Source: Cycas panzhihuaensis (Eukaryota; Plantae; Cycadophyta). Taken from it: a DNA stretch of 64,000 nucleotides. Positions 11,950 to 25,702 of this stretch are shown piece after piece. The position numbers and the translations under genes are program-made. The stretch covers positions 202,313,741-202,377,740 of the forward strand of contig CM041465.1 in NCBI GenBank assembly GCA_023213395.1, given 5' to 3'. The notes beneath the pieces were generated by a model. That model was not told where the DNA came from, searched no databases, and worked only from the letters and a program-made list of their open reading frames with translations. Within the stretch, counting starts at the first letter, position 1, and every line of letters begins with the position of its first letter.

Positions 11950-14200
11950 GTGATACTAGGGTTCTCATATAAAAACTCATGTTAACACCTTCTTAGCATT
12001 AAAGTTAGGCTAATGAAAAATATATTATAAATTGTCATGATCTATGCTCAATTTAAAATGATATCTTAATAATTAATGTGATCACTACTCCCATAAGTTC
12101 CAAGTTATGAGTAGGATGATTCTTTTCATGCTCTTTTAACTTGTAACTCTCACATGCCACCACATGACCACTCTACATCAAAATTATATTAATTCCCTTA
12201 TGGATTTTATTTCTACAAACTAGATACTTTTCATACCAGTTTAGCAAACACAAAATAAGCATTGTTCTAAGTAGCTTCCTAAGTTGTTGAAAACTTTGTT
12301 CACATTGCTTGGTTCACTACAACTTGACCCCTTTCCTTTGTAGATTATCTAGTGGTCATATAATATTTGAAAATCCTTCCATGAACTTCCTACAAGAACT
12401 TGCTAATCCCAATACTGATCTCACTTCCTCTACGATAGTTAGTTGAATCAAGTATATAATGGGCATGACTTTTATTGGGTTAACTATGGTTCCTTTTTTT
12501 AAAGTTATGTGTCCTACTTCAAATGGGTTGATTTTGTCACAAATATATCTCCCAATATCTAGCTTTATAATCCCTCTCAATAAATTGATCTTTAACAGCT
12601 CTACTTTATTCTCATACTCTAGAAGCAAGCCAACATTATAATTATTAATTTGGGCTTTCTAGTTCACCAAGTATGACACATTCTATAAAAGCTTTAAAAA
12701 TAATTATGTAATCATCCATTAATATATTTCCTTGCTATAATTTGAATAAATAAGTGTCCTATAATTCTCTATGATGTACACTCAAATACTCTTCGTTAAA
12801 ATATCTCATAAACTCTCCCAAGAGAATTTCTTAATTTCTATATGTTCTATAGTCTAGGGATGCTCCCATCACATTACCATTGCATCCTTTACATGAAAGA
12901 ACATAACTTGTGTCTTATTCTCTTATGAGAATTGAAGTATCAAGAAATATTACTCTTGGTTTTCCAACCACATTTTAGCCTTTCAACTCTCCTTCTTCCT
13001 ACTATCGAATGTAGGAGTTGTTAACTTCCTTATTTCAACCAACATCCTTGATGATATCCTAAGAGCTACTCTATGAAAGGTTGATCATCATCTCATTGGT
13101 TACAAGATGCAGGCTTGTCTTGCATTAGTAAGCATCCCTTGTTATCTTGGAACTCTAATAGCTTGATGTGATACTTCACCTTCATTATTAAACTTCATTA
13201 TTATGAGAGCTTATTTCCAATGGTCATCCTTCACATAAAAAAAGATCTAGTTCTAGCTTAGGCATCTCCAATTAATCTTGTAGAGTTTGAATTTGTTCTT
13301 CCATGCTCTTTTGTTTCCTTTCCATCATATTATGCATATGAGATTGAATCAATGTTACCATTTCTTCTAGTATAAAATGAAGTAGTAGTTGAATAAGGTG
13401 TGTAACATCTATTAAGCATTGTAAAATTGCCACTTGAGCTTTATTTCTGTTCATATAACTCATTTGCACTAGAATTCCAAGCTCCATCAATTCTTCTACT
13501 TCAACATTCATAACAACTACACTAAATCAAATCCCTATAGGAAACATCCTAAGATCTAGTACCAAACTATGACACTCCTCATAGGTATTAAAATAAAAAT
13601 CTAATTATATAATTTATTATTAATTAGTAATATAGAGGTAAATGTGAACATAAAATAAATAGATTAAGAGAAATAGTAATATCCAACCATACTTAACAGA
13701 GACTCTAAAAATGAATTAGTGAGTAAGAATTATTGCTAGAAAATGAAACCATTGGCTTTATGCAAACTTTAAAAAATTGGTATGGGCAATTATCCATCGA
13801 ATCCATGTGCCTATATCTATTTATATCCTTCAAACACTCCAACATGTAATTGCACTCAAATCCATGAGTTGAAAAGCAAACCCACAAGCTCTTTGATGTG
13901 ATTATGGCCTGTCGAAGATAAGCGTTACCTTTATGAACTTGTCCATCCTTCAAAAAAGAACAATGGCACTATTATGAATTTAAAAGCAATTTGTACCCAG
14001 CCATGGACGATCTTATGCCTCTCCTCATAAACATTGAAGCTTAAATCAGGATAACCTACTAAGAGACTTCTACACTAATGTAAAACTTCCTCCAAAGATA
14101 TTTTTATAACATGTAGTGCTATATCTACTTTGATTTTTTTTGGGAGGTCACACAACCCTCTAAATACTCATACAATTGACCACAAAAATGTAATAGTTTA
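11950..14200 (-). mobile_element. Heavily deleted Ty3/gypsy chromovirus (Tekay/Del-like) remnant with PBS and probable 5' LTR
   Basis: Minus strand gives EVRSVLGLASSCRKFMEGFSNI (post-RT linker) and NHPTHNLEL (RH motif NYPTHDLEL). PBS-like TGGTACTAGATC at 13553-13564 sits next to an LTR-like end at about 13570. The outer boundary is uncertain. Confidence 0.65.
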
Positions 14201-17200
14201 AACTTAGCTTCACTCATGTAGTTTAAACCATAATGATCTTACTCCAATTATTGCTAAGGTTCACTATCAAGGATGTGGATAATTAGAAGTAATGGAATTA
14301 TTACAATGTTGATATTATAAGGCTATGATAGTAGTAGTAAGTAAATTGACTAACCTTGATGTTAACTTGTCTAGTCCCCACTACCAACCATTATTGGTAG
14401 GACTTCTATAGGTTGGCCTTCTTAATTAGCATTAATTTCAACCAACCATATACATGTGGTAATTCTTGGGTTACCATGGAGCATGTCCCCTTTGCCTATG
14501 TATTTGAAATCTACTAACACACCCTTACTAATAAATGAGTTAAATACTAATTAATGAGCAAGTCACAAGTTTATTGCATAAGGGCAATACATCATATTCC
14601 TAACAAACTATATAATATTATTTGAGAAGTCTTATAACATAACACTATATATTATATTACTCATTCTAAAACACTTTGATCCATAATTAATTATGAATAT
14701 TAACATGAAAAAAGTACATTAAAATAAAATGATAAAAACTGTGAGAAACATGTATATAAATTATGCATACATATAAGATTCCTTTTCTGTTGTGATTACA
14801 TAAATATCTATCTTTTGCATATGTATAAAATCATCACTATTTTCTTTACATAATTATAAATAAATTACATAAGTAATAGAAATATAGTACCTAATTTATA
14901 GATGCTTACTTGGTACACCTATCTTTATGTTCCTCATTTAAAATATAAATGGATGAGTCTCATACCACCACAATTATAAAACCAAATCTCTCAAACTTAC
15001 TATTGGTATGGTAAGTTGTTCAGAGGTGGTTAGGCTTGGCTAGGGCTTAGATAAAAGAATAGACTCTAGGTTTTAACCACTACTAGCATATATTTAGAGA
15101 GAGAGAAAAAAATATAAAGCACTAATTGTTCATCTAGCTAATATAAAGAAGTCTTAGTGAAACCCAACTTTCGATGTTGGGCTCCCTTAATACCTTACTT
15201 CCAAGTGAAGGTCCTATATGCATAAGATAAGAGAGTGAAAGCATATAAAAGAGGATCGCCTTCCTCAAAAGGGGTTAGATGTGATTTATTATATAAAGAA
15301 TACATATTCTTTAACTAATTTATTATTCATAATAAAATAATTAACATAATGGATTATGTTAAATGATAATGTAATTTTTAAATTAATGAAAGAATAAATG
15401 TTTAATGAGAGAAGTGTAAATCACAATCAAGCCTTACCTTAGATGTATAAAGAGGTGTTCATGTCATGCTAGGATGGTTTTTCCCTTCTAGATATAAAAG
15501 AAATGGGTGATGTCATAGGTGTTAAATGGCTATTATAGTAACCTTCTATTTCCTTCATGAGAAAATGATAGTCCTTTAGAAGAATAATTTTCTAATGGAG
15601 GGGAATTGTGCTTCTATGATTCTAAGTAAATAAGTCATCACTATCATCCCAATAATCTTAATAAATGAGGAAGGGTGTTGCTAAGGTAATATGATATCTT
15701 TAATGACTTAGTGACTTATCCTCACTAATATGTCTAGAAACATATACAAGTAAAAATCTTGAGATCACGATCATAATACTATAATAGAATGATCATATGG
15801 GTTTCTAAATAAATAGGAGAGGAAATGATAAGTATAAATTCATAATTAAGCATTATGGTGGGCTTAATGTTGGCCTACAACATCTACAAGCCATAAGTGG
15901 AAATTGTAACTTAGCATATATCTAAAGCATGCTAAAAGCTAAGGGAGAAGTGAATTTTTTTAAATCAACATTAGCAAGATGGACATGACGTCAATTTTAA
16001 AAATTGATTTAAACATAAACAAATTGAATTAGAATGGGCTAAAAATCCATGTGTAGTATGTCCCCCATCTCTTTATTATTTTAGGGTGATGATTAAATCC
16101 CTAACACTCACCCTTGACTAAAGGGATAAGAGGAACTCCACAAATTGTTCAAAACCTTAACTTATATTTACAACTAAACAATGTAATGACTAATAAGTTT
16201 ATTAAGCTAGAAACACTAATTAAAGGATTTGATAGCCAAAGCTATAATTCTTTTAATGGAAAACCATCTAAACATACTTAGTGAGTCCTTATCATAACTT
16301 AGTCATAAACATACACAAATATAATACTGGTGGGTATAATCTATAGCTATGTTTAAATACAAGTGGCCACTAGATAGAGTGTGCATCAGCATATAACTAT
16401 CTTATTACGACTAGTATGTCATGGTGATGAGAATATATATTTGTTATCAATCCTCATATTTCCATTAGGCTTAGTTAGCCACAACTAATTGTAATTACTC
16501 CATAATGAATCATGATTGAGACACCTCTAGATGGATACTCTAATTAGTCATGAGATTGTAACAAGAATAATGTAGTAATTAACCACTCTCATTATAGAAA
16601 TTTATTGTTTTATATCTATTCTCTAATAAACTTCATACCCATAGTTCTCTACTTGATAATTAAATGATGGCCATATATAATTTTACAAGTAAACCAAGTA
16701 ACCATGGCTGAGCAATTACAAAATGTATATGCAATCATATAAACTTACCATACCATATGCACATTTTTAAGAATAACCATCCATCTCACACATTAATATA
16801 TATAATATTGCTTTCACTATTTTAATGTCACATATAGAAGCATCTAATATTTCTCCATATTCTAGACATGGTCTGCATAATAGTGTAATACTAAGCAAAG
16901 CTTATGTAAAAGATAAATCCTTAGAGAAGTGAGGGTTAAATTGAAATGTGTGTGTGTGTGTGAAGTTTCCAATGGAGAGGAGAAGCTTTGCTACTCTTCC
17001 TCCTCCACTACTTCTACCACCTTCCAATCCTAAAAGCAGTCCCTCAGGGCCTTCATTATGGCCATAAAGAAGTGAGATGTGAGTATTGATAGGAGCTATA
17101 GGAGGATGGGTGGATGGACTAAAGGATAGTCTTTCTTTCTTCCATTTAAAACAATGGGGTGGTAGTTAGGGTTTGGCATATGTGATATTAGTTGTTTTAG

Positions 17201-18494
17201 ATTAGGCATTCCTCCTTACTAGAGAATGTTGATTTCATGTGTCTATGGATGTGTGGTAGGAGGTGGTACCTATACAAGTTAATAAGGCCTTCAAAGTGGA
17301 AGATTTTTGCATATTTGGCTATGGGTAACTGTGTGTTGACTTGTAAGAGTAGGCCCATGTTGACATTAATATGTGCAATGTAGTATTATTCTAATAGATT
17401 ATGGCCAGTATTTTCTATGCATAGGAGGGATGGGATTGATGTATGTTTCAATTAACTTCTACTTTTTTATGGTGGTCTAGTTATCAAGTTATGGTAATGT
17501 CAATGGGCTTTTATTCTTTTATGGGTTTTCTGAGTCAACTTGATGGCTAAGGTTTTGCAAAACCCCATGCCTATAGCATTCACTTATGTTACTATATGTA
17601 TTACCTTGGGGGTGGTCTCTAACTTATTCAAGCTCTAGACCCAAGTTTAAGCTATTAATTTTTTATGATTTGCCTATGATTTAATCGTGGGTTTATTCTA
17701 TGTGTGACTAAATCTTAGTTTCTAAATTTAGTGGACTTGGGAGTTTTGTATGAACTCTAAGTTGTTAAGGTCTTATGGATTTATGGCTATAGTTTATCTT
17801 TATGACCTCTGGGATATGTATGAAATCCTTAAGCCTACTAGTGGTATATGTGATTAATAATGGCTTTAATATGACCTTCTAGCCTTTAATGCTTTGGATT
17901 TACATATGTGGTTCATTAAATATTTTCCCTATAAGAGTGACCTTAACAATTCAATGTAGCTAAAGCCAAGTGATCTATTACTTGAGATTGGGAGGGTAGA
18001 TCACTTATAGAATCACATATGTGTGTGTGTGTTACTAGTAATACTTCCAATTAATTGAAGTATTAGTCTTTTTTTTTGTTTTTTTAAGATAAATTCTCAT
18101 AACAATAATCCACATGATAGTGATAAGAAAAATTAAATTGACCATTGTTTCCCAAAAATTGGTATTTCAACATCTATCATGATGCAAGTGCATCAGTTAT
18201 GCATTTATTGCTTTTATTTCAATTTGATTTTGATCTTTTATATATATGCTAGTAATGTTTATTTGTTGTTCTGGCAATGACTGTGTGAGTAACTTAACCA
18301 ATAAAGATAGATACCCATCAATGGCATAATAAAACTACCCACTAAAGCCTAACTTATCAAGAAATGGTCGTACAACAACTCTAAATCATTTATAGGATCT
18401 TTATTTCTATTAATTAATAGGTTTTGTCACTCTCTCCTTTTGGGATTTTGCTTTGTTTTTTTAGGGTGTTAAAATTTCCTTGGCATTATTATGA

Positions 18495-18715
18495 ATTTTG
18501 CTCCATTGTAAGTTTTAGAGCTGGATGTGATGTGCCATTATAAAATCATAATGGTGCACCATGCCCTATTGTGAGTGACTTGATTGATGGACATTATATC
18601 CTATTATGAATTTATAATGGGGCATGACACACCATTCTGATTCATAATAAAGTGTGACACCTCACTCTAAAAATAAAATAGTATGTGACGCCCCATTGTA
18701 GAATTGTGAGGGACC
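18495..18715. repeat. Degenerate tandem array of about 31-bp palindromic units
   Basis: Units such as GTGATGTGCCATTATAAAATCATAATGGTGC, ATTATATCCTATTATGAATTTATAATGGGGC and ATGACACACCATTCTGATTCATAATAAAGT. Confidence 0.65.
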
Positions 18716-18935
18716 AATCATCTTAGATTTTTTACATCTTTTTCTATCAAAATTTATAATGAGTTATATGGAAGGGGACAAAGAGTTAATACTCCATTCC
18801 CTTATTACTTTGGGTCAAAAATCATGCATTTTAGCCCATGATTTGAAGAAAAACTTTGAACCTATTCCCTTCTTTTAAATTTCATTCAATTCCTCTACCA
18901 AATAGGCATTAAATTTATTTTCAAAACCTTGACCC

Positions 18936-19138
18936 TATTAGAACTGCAATACACACGAAAAACTCCAGGATTGAAAATCGGTATCGTGAGATACCTTCCT
19001 TTCATATCTTGAAATACAATGTACAAAGAGTTTATATACTCATAAATTTGTGAGTATAATAAAATCAACAATTAATAATATTGTAAGGATATGAATCTTG
19101 TAAGTCGACAAACGTGCATTACAAGATATTTTCTAACA
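18936..19138 (-). repeat. 3' LTR
   Basis: Matches 24495-24697; adjacent to the PPT. Confidence 0.95.
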
Positions 19139-19154
19139 CTCCCCCATAATGCAC

Positions 19155-22100
19155 ATTTTGAAAAATTCCCAAACCTTCCTTAAGCTTGTAATGCTTGGTC
19201 CTTGGTAGAGCCTTTGTAAATATATCCATAAGTTAATCTTATGTTCTATAATATACAAGTTCAATCTGTCCTTCTTGAACCAGCTCTCGAATGTAGTGAT
19301 GTTTAATCTCAATATGCTTTGTTCTTGCATGTAAGACTAGATTCTTTGACATTTGTATTGTGCTTTGATTGTCACAGTGAATAATCGTAGGATCACTTTG
19401 CCTTTGATGTAGATCTTCAAGTAGTCTTCTAATCCAAACAGCTTCTTGACTTGTTGCTTCAGCTGCCTTGTATTCTGCTTCTGCTGTGGATAATGACACA
19501 GTGGGTTATTTCTTTGTATTCCAAGATATTACTACTGAGCCAATGTTGAAAACATAACCTGTGATAGATTTCCTATCTTCCATATCATTAGCCCAATCTG
19601 CATTAGAATAGCCAATCAGGTTGCATTTATTTGAAGAGTTATAAAAAAGGCCATGATTAATTATTCCCTTAATGTACCTGAGAATTCTCTTGGTAGCATT
19701 CCAATGTTCTTGCTTAGGATTTGCCATGAACCTTGAAGTTAGGTTGATAGCATATGTTATGTCTGGTCTTGTATTAGTAAGGTATATGAGATTTCCAATT
19801 AGCTGACGATATAGAGTAGGGTCAACTGATGTAGATTCTTCATGCTTACTTAGCTTTAATCCAACTTCAATAGGAGTGGCACAGGAATTACAATTGCTCA
19901 TGTTGAATTTTCTTAAGATATCCATAGCATATTTGCTTTGAGACATATATATTCCACTATTATCTTGCCATACTTCAATTCCAAGAAAGTAATGTAATTG
20001 TCCTAAGTCCGTCATCTCAAATTCGGAATTCATATCTCCTTTAAATTCTTGAAGTAACTCATCATCATTACCAGTGTAAATTAAATCATCAACATACACT
20101 GCAACAATCAAAATAGAATCCTTAGAGGTCTTTATGTAAAGATTTGAATCTAAATTACTTCTTTGAAAACCTTTATCCTGAAGATATTTATCAATCCCTG
20201 CATACCAAGCTCTTGGTGCTTGTTTTAGTCCATATAAAGCCTTTTTGAGTCTACACACCAAGTGTTCATGTCCCTTAACTTCAAAACCTTGAGGTTGAGA
20301 GACATAAATTTCTTCATCAACATAACCATTGAGGAAATTTGATTTTACATCCATTTGATAGATCTTCCAGCCAAGATGAGCAGCGAGAGATATAATACAC
20401 CTAATGGTAGTCATCTTTGTAACTAGAGCAAATGTTTCTTCATAATCTATGCCTTCTTGTTGAGCATAGCCCTTTGCAACCAGTCTTGCCTTATATTTGT
20501 CAATGGTACCATCAGTTTTGTATTTAGTCTTAAATATCCATTTAGTTCCAATGACATTCTTACCTGGTGGTAATTCAACCATATCCCATGTTTTATTCCG
20601 ATTTATGGCATCGAGTTCTGCTTCCATTGCTTGAGTCTATTCATTACTTTTTATAGCTTCCTCAAAAGTTTGAGGTTCATCTTTCTGCATTACTGGAGAC
20701 ATTAGAGCATAGTTTACCTTAGCTTGTGATCTTGTGAATCTTTTGTTAAAGTCATTATCCAAAATATTTTTAGGATTATAACAGCCTGTAAGCCATTTTG
20801 GATCCTATACCTGTTGTTGATTTGAGCTTGAATCTTCAATCGAATTTGTATTTGTCCTTTTTCTTGAGGTACCAATCTCAATCAGAATTTCTTTACCTTT
20901 GTCGTCTTCACCCTTATATTCACCATGTTCATCAAAAATAACATCTCTGCTCACAAAGAAAACCTTTACAATTGGATCATAAAGTCTATAGGCTTTTTGC
21001 TCACCAGAATATCCTATAAAGATACATTTAATGCTTTTGCTCTCCAATTTTGTTCTTTTCTGATCAGGAATATGGGCATAAGCAACACAACCAAACACTC
21101 TTAAATTACTTACATCAGGCCTCTTACCTATCCATGCTTCCTCTGGAGTCACATCCTTCAATGCCTTGGTTGGACTTCTATTTAGTAAATACATGACAGT
21201 ATTTATTGCTTCATCCCAAAACGAGTCATTTAATTTTTTTCCTTTTAGCATACATCTTGCCATTTCTGTAATAGTCCCTATCTTCCTTTCAGCTACACCA
21301 TTTTGCTAGGGAGTATAAGGGGTTGTAAATTGTCTTCTTATTTTGACTTTGCTGCAAAAATTCTTAAAGTCATTGGAGATAAATTCTCCCCCATTATCTG
21401 AATGAAGAATTTTTATTTTGAATCCACTTTGTCTTTCAGACATAGCTCTGAACTCTACAAATTTCAAGAATGTTTATGATTTTTCCTTAAGGAAGTAAAC
21501 CCAAATCTTTCTTGTGAAATCATCAACCAAAATCATGAAATATCTTGCCTTTCCATGTGACACATTCTTCATGGGCCCACATAAATCAACATGAACTAAT
21601 TCTAATGGAGCTTGAGATTGAAAACTGGATTCAAGAAAACTATTTCTATGATGTTTTCCAAAAACACATCCTTCATAAACATCATTGTTGCTTTGAATAA
21701 AAGTGAGACCACTAACCATTCCTTTCTTTCTCAAGTTGATAAGGTTACCATAGTTTAAATGTCCATAACGAAGATTCCATAGAATACTATCATTATCAAT
21801 CGATGCGTTTAAGACAACATTTTGAGGACATAGAGCTAATTTGAACAATCTATCTTCAGTTATTTTTCCTTTAGCAATCAAAGAAAAATTTCTTTTCTTG
21901 TCATAGATTTTGCATTCACCATCATCAAATACTAACCTGTATCTTTGTTCCATCATTTGGCCAACTGACAAAAGATTTTTCTTTAATCCTGGAACAAGTA
22001 AAACATTGTGAATATCCTTGTCTTCTCCATCATTTGTTTTAATGGAGACAGTTTCCCTGCCTTGAACTTCTTGGGTATTGTCATCTCCAAATATAACTTT

Positions 22101-23226
22101 CCCTTTCTGATCCTTATCAATCTTTGAAAAAAAATCAATATTGTAAGTCATATGTGTTGAGCATCCAGAGTCAATAAACCATTCATCATTTGTCAAAGAA
22201 TTTGCCATTAAACTAGTATAGAATAAACTCTCACCTTTAGAAGAATTATCTTGGGTATACAGAGCGGTGTTTCTTTGAATAACAGTTTCTAACCAAATGT
22301 CCAAATTTCCCACATCAGTAGTATTGAGGACCATAATCCCTACCCCTTCCTTGAGACGCACCTCGACCTAAAGGTGAATAATTCCAACTTGATCCTGTAG
22401 AGTTCCAATCTCTTCCTTGACTTGACCCTGTAGAATTCCATCCTCTTCCTTGATTTGTACTTGACGAATTCCAGCTTCTTCCTTGATTGAATCCTCTTGA
22501 CCTTCCTCTTGAGAACTGAGGATTTCGTTGTACATTTGTTTCTTGAGATCAATTCATCCTTAAGTTAGAAGTTGAGGCAAAAGCTTGATCTAAATCTTCA
22601 TTTGCAACCTTGCTTTTACATTTTTCTTCTACGTTGAGCAATATAGACAACAATTGATCAACCTTTAAGGTAGACAAATCCTTGGTTACTTCAATGGTAG
22701 TCACAATATTTTTAAATTTACTGATTTCACTTACACTTCTCAATATTTTCTTGACCATTCTCTATTCAGAGATCTGTTCTCCTAAATATACCATTTGATT
22801 GACTAGATCTTGCATTTTGGTAATGAATTCATTAATCAAATCTGAAGGCATCATCCTTGAATTTTCATAGTTTAATCTCAAATTCTGAAGTCTTTGAGGT
22901 ATGGCCCCTTCATAACCAGTTTTTAATATGTTCCAAGCTTCATGGGAGGTAGAGGCCCCATATATGCGAGGAAAGATTTGTTTAGCAACAGATATATATA
23001 TGATAGAGAGTGCATCACTATCTTTCCTCAATAATTCTTCCTTTTCTAAATCTTGATCAGATGTTAATTTTCCATCGGGTGATGTTGGTTGAGGAAGTTT
23101 AAAACCATGAGCAACAATGTTCCATTAACCCTTTGATTGTAAAATGACTTGAATTTGTCTTGACCATGGAAGATAGTCAGATCCATTAAACTTTGGTAAA
23201 GACTATCCAATCTAATATGCTGCCAT
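19155..23226 (-). pseudogene. Copia gag-pol with a few stops and frameshifts
   Basis: ATG at 23226; gag PKFNGSDYLPWS; PR WFIDSGCSTHMT; INT LVHVDLCGP; [13 protein letters not shown]...VYVDDLI; RH LSTAEAEY...CDNQS...HARTKHIEIKHHYIRE. Confidence 0.95.
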
Positions 23227-24494
23227 AGTTTCTTACTTCCTAAGCTCTAAAGGTACCAAGGTAGTTTATGATAGCCGTCTAAGGAGAAGGGTATTGAAAA
23301 AAGTAGATTATACAAGTGCAAAATTGATTTTAAACAACCAAAAGTAAAATTAAAAAAAAAAATAAAAAATATATATATATAGGCCCAAGTTGAATTCCAA
23401 GATAATAAAAAAAATCAAGAGATTAAGTGAGCTAAGAATGACTATTAAATAAATAATGAAAAAGGGCGATGAAAATCTAAAGTGATTTTATCAATTAAAA
23501 TATATGGAGCGATGACTATGGATTGAAGTGAATAAGGCGGTTTCAGATTTCTACGGTATCGAGGCGAAGAGGGGGCTTGATATTCATGTCAAGGCCCGAG
23601 TGAAAGGAAGATTTAATTTACTTGCGTAAAGGCTAAGTAGGAACTGGATTTATTCATTATCAAAGAGCAAGCAAACAAAGGATTAGTTTTTTCTTTTGTT
23701 CATGGAAACTGCGAGCGGGAATAGAGCAGAGACTATCAATAGTGAATATATCAACGGTGAAATAAGGGCGCGAGTATCTAAGTGAAACATAGCGAATGAT
23801 TTTAATTAATTAATACGAGGTAATACACACAATGTACGGCTATGGGGTTATCATAACCGCGCAAGATAAACTGTGAAAATGCTGACTAGGGCACATTAAA
23901 TGCAGACTAGCTTAATGCAATGAATGACGAATTAAACGAACGGCGAATGGCTTAATGCAATGAATGGAGAATTAAACAAATGGCAAATTAAACACAGCCT
24001 AAACACAAATAAGCAGAGTCAGAATAATATGACTCAAACCAATGAATCAGTGAATGTGGAGAACACAGTGACGCCAAACAGAAATTCCACGCAATCAAGC
24101 CATAAATAGAATGCAGAAGGTAATGATCAAATCTATGCGAGCAGACGCAACGTAAGATGGGTTGACCAGTGAGAATTAAAATTAATAAATGGTCAAGACA
24201 TAACAATGCAGACAGAATAGAAAGTAATGATTTCTCAGAGCATAATTACAGTAAATTAAAAAATGGATAGCTCACTATTATTCCAGCAGAATAGATTACA
24301 AATCATTCAATATAAGGAGATAAGCATAGGTCTGAAACTAAGAAGAGAAGAAACAGATAATAAGGTACCTTTATACAAAGGAAGCACATAACAGAATGGA
24401 GATTGTGATATCCTTGATCTCACAGCCTCAGAATATGTCACCTTTGAGTAGAATCGCACTTGGTTCAGTCTCAATTGACCACGCTCTAATACCA

Positions 24495-24697
24495 TATTGG
24501 AACTTCAATATACACGAAAAACTCCAGGATCGAAAATCAGTATCGTGAGATACCTTCCTTTCATATCTTGAAATACAATGTACAAAGAGTTTCTATACTC
24601 ATAAATTTGTGAGTATAATGAAACTGACAATTAATAATATTGTAAGGATATGAATCTTGTAAGCTGACAAATGTGAATTACAAGATATTTTCTAACA
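24495..24697 (-). repeat. 5' LTR
   Basis: Matches 18936-19138; abuts the PBS (TGGTATTAGAGC on the minus strand). Confidence 0.95.
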
Positions 24698-25650
24698 GAC
24701 CTAATTGCATGGGTTTTGGCCCATGTTTTTCTCAAAACCATGGACCTCAACTCCTTCCATACACTTCTATAAATCACCCCTCATTCCATTAGAATGAAGG
24801 AGGAATTTTTATTTAATGAAATTCTACCAAATTGTTGTCAAAATTTCTCCCTTATCAATACCTTTGATTCTTGTTAATTGGCAAAGATTTTGTTAAGTGA
24901 GGAAGCCATTAAGTAGTGAGGGGTACTTGAAAACTTAGAGATCGAATCCAATGCATTAACAATCAAGTTGTTTTGACAATAATCCCACATAGGATGTGCA
25001 TTCACTACCTCACATTACGACTCCAATATAATTATCTCGTCATTTGGCTCTATTTTGTTCCATTTTTTAAATTTGTTGGACCTCCTTTGTTACTAGTTTT
25101 TACCCCTATAAGGGCTTAATATAGTCTTAGAGGGCCTATTTCATTTGCTCTTGTCTTATATATGGTGGCAACCTATTATATCTAAGGCCACCTTCACATC
25201 TAGATTCAGTTAGAGATAAGTTTAATTTAGTGTTTTTTTTTTTTACTTTGTTTGTATTTTAATATATATATTTTGTTGCCCCTCATAACTAACATTGTAG
25301 GTAATCATATGCATCCAAGGGCCTACTTTTTATTGTAGGTTATAGGTATGTGACACATTTTAGAGATTTTCCTTTCTTTCTCATTGATTAAAACTACCTA
25401 TTAGCCAAGAGAGATGCTATTGATTTTTTCTTAGGCTAGTGTAATAGTGTAGTGATTTTAAGTTGCTTTCGATCTTATTTTTAAGCAATTTATCATTTTT
25501 AAAATTATTTTTTTCCATCATAATATAAACTGGCAAGAAGAAATATTATTAGATATCATCTAGGTTTTCCTAACATCCCAATAGGTGCTCTTAGTTTTCT
25601 ATTTTATTGTGTCTTGGTGAACTTGGAAGGAAAAAAGTAATAAATGAATT

Positions 25651-25702
25651 ACACACACACACACACACACACGTACGCACACACACACACACACACACAC
25701 AC
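25651..25702. repeat. Interrupted (AC)n microsatellite
   Basis: AC run with a GTACGC interruption. Confidence 0.93.

Larger units (their letters stand above)
18936..24697 (-). mobile_element. Full-length Ty1/copia element with short LTRs; the youngest element in the window with two comparable LTRs
   Basis: 203-bp LTRs at 18936-19138 and 24495-24697 (14 differences by my count, about 93% identical); TSD GACCC/GACCT; PBS at 24483-24494; PPT ATTATGGGGGAG at 19139-19150; long gag/PR/INT/RT/RH ORF pieces. Confidence 0.96.

Noticed and set aside
14217-15879. Possible solo LTR or TIR element (TGTAG...ACCATAATG / CATTATGGT...CTACA)
   Set aside because: The flanks ACTCA and ACATC do not form a TSD, so the boundaries are unsupported.
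18495-18715. CRISPR-like look of the palindromic repeats (also 47340-47620)
   Set aside because: The units are degenerate, there are no cas genes, and the context is a eukaryotic LTR. The 31-bp units also abut without spacers.
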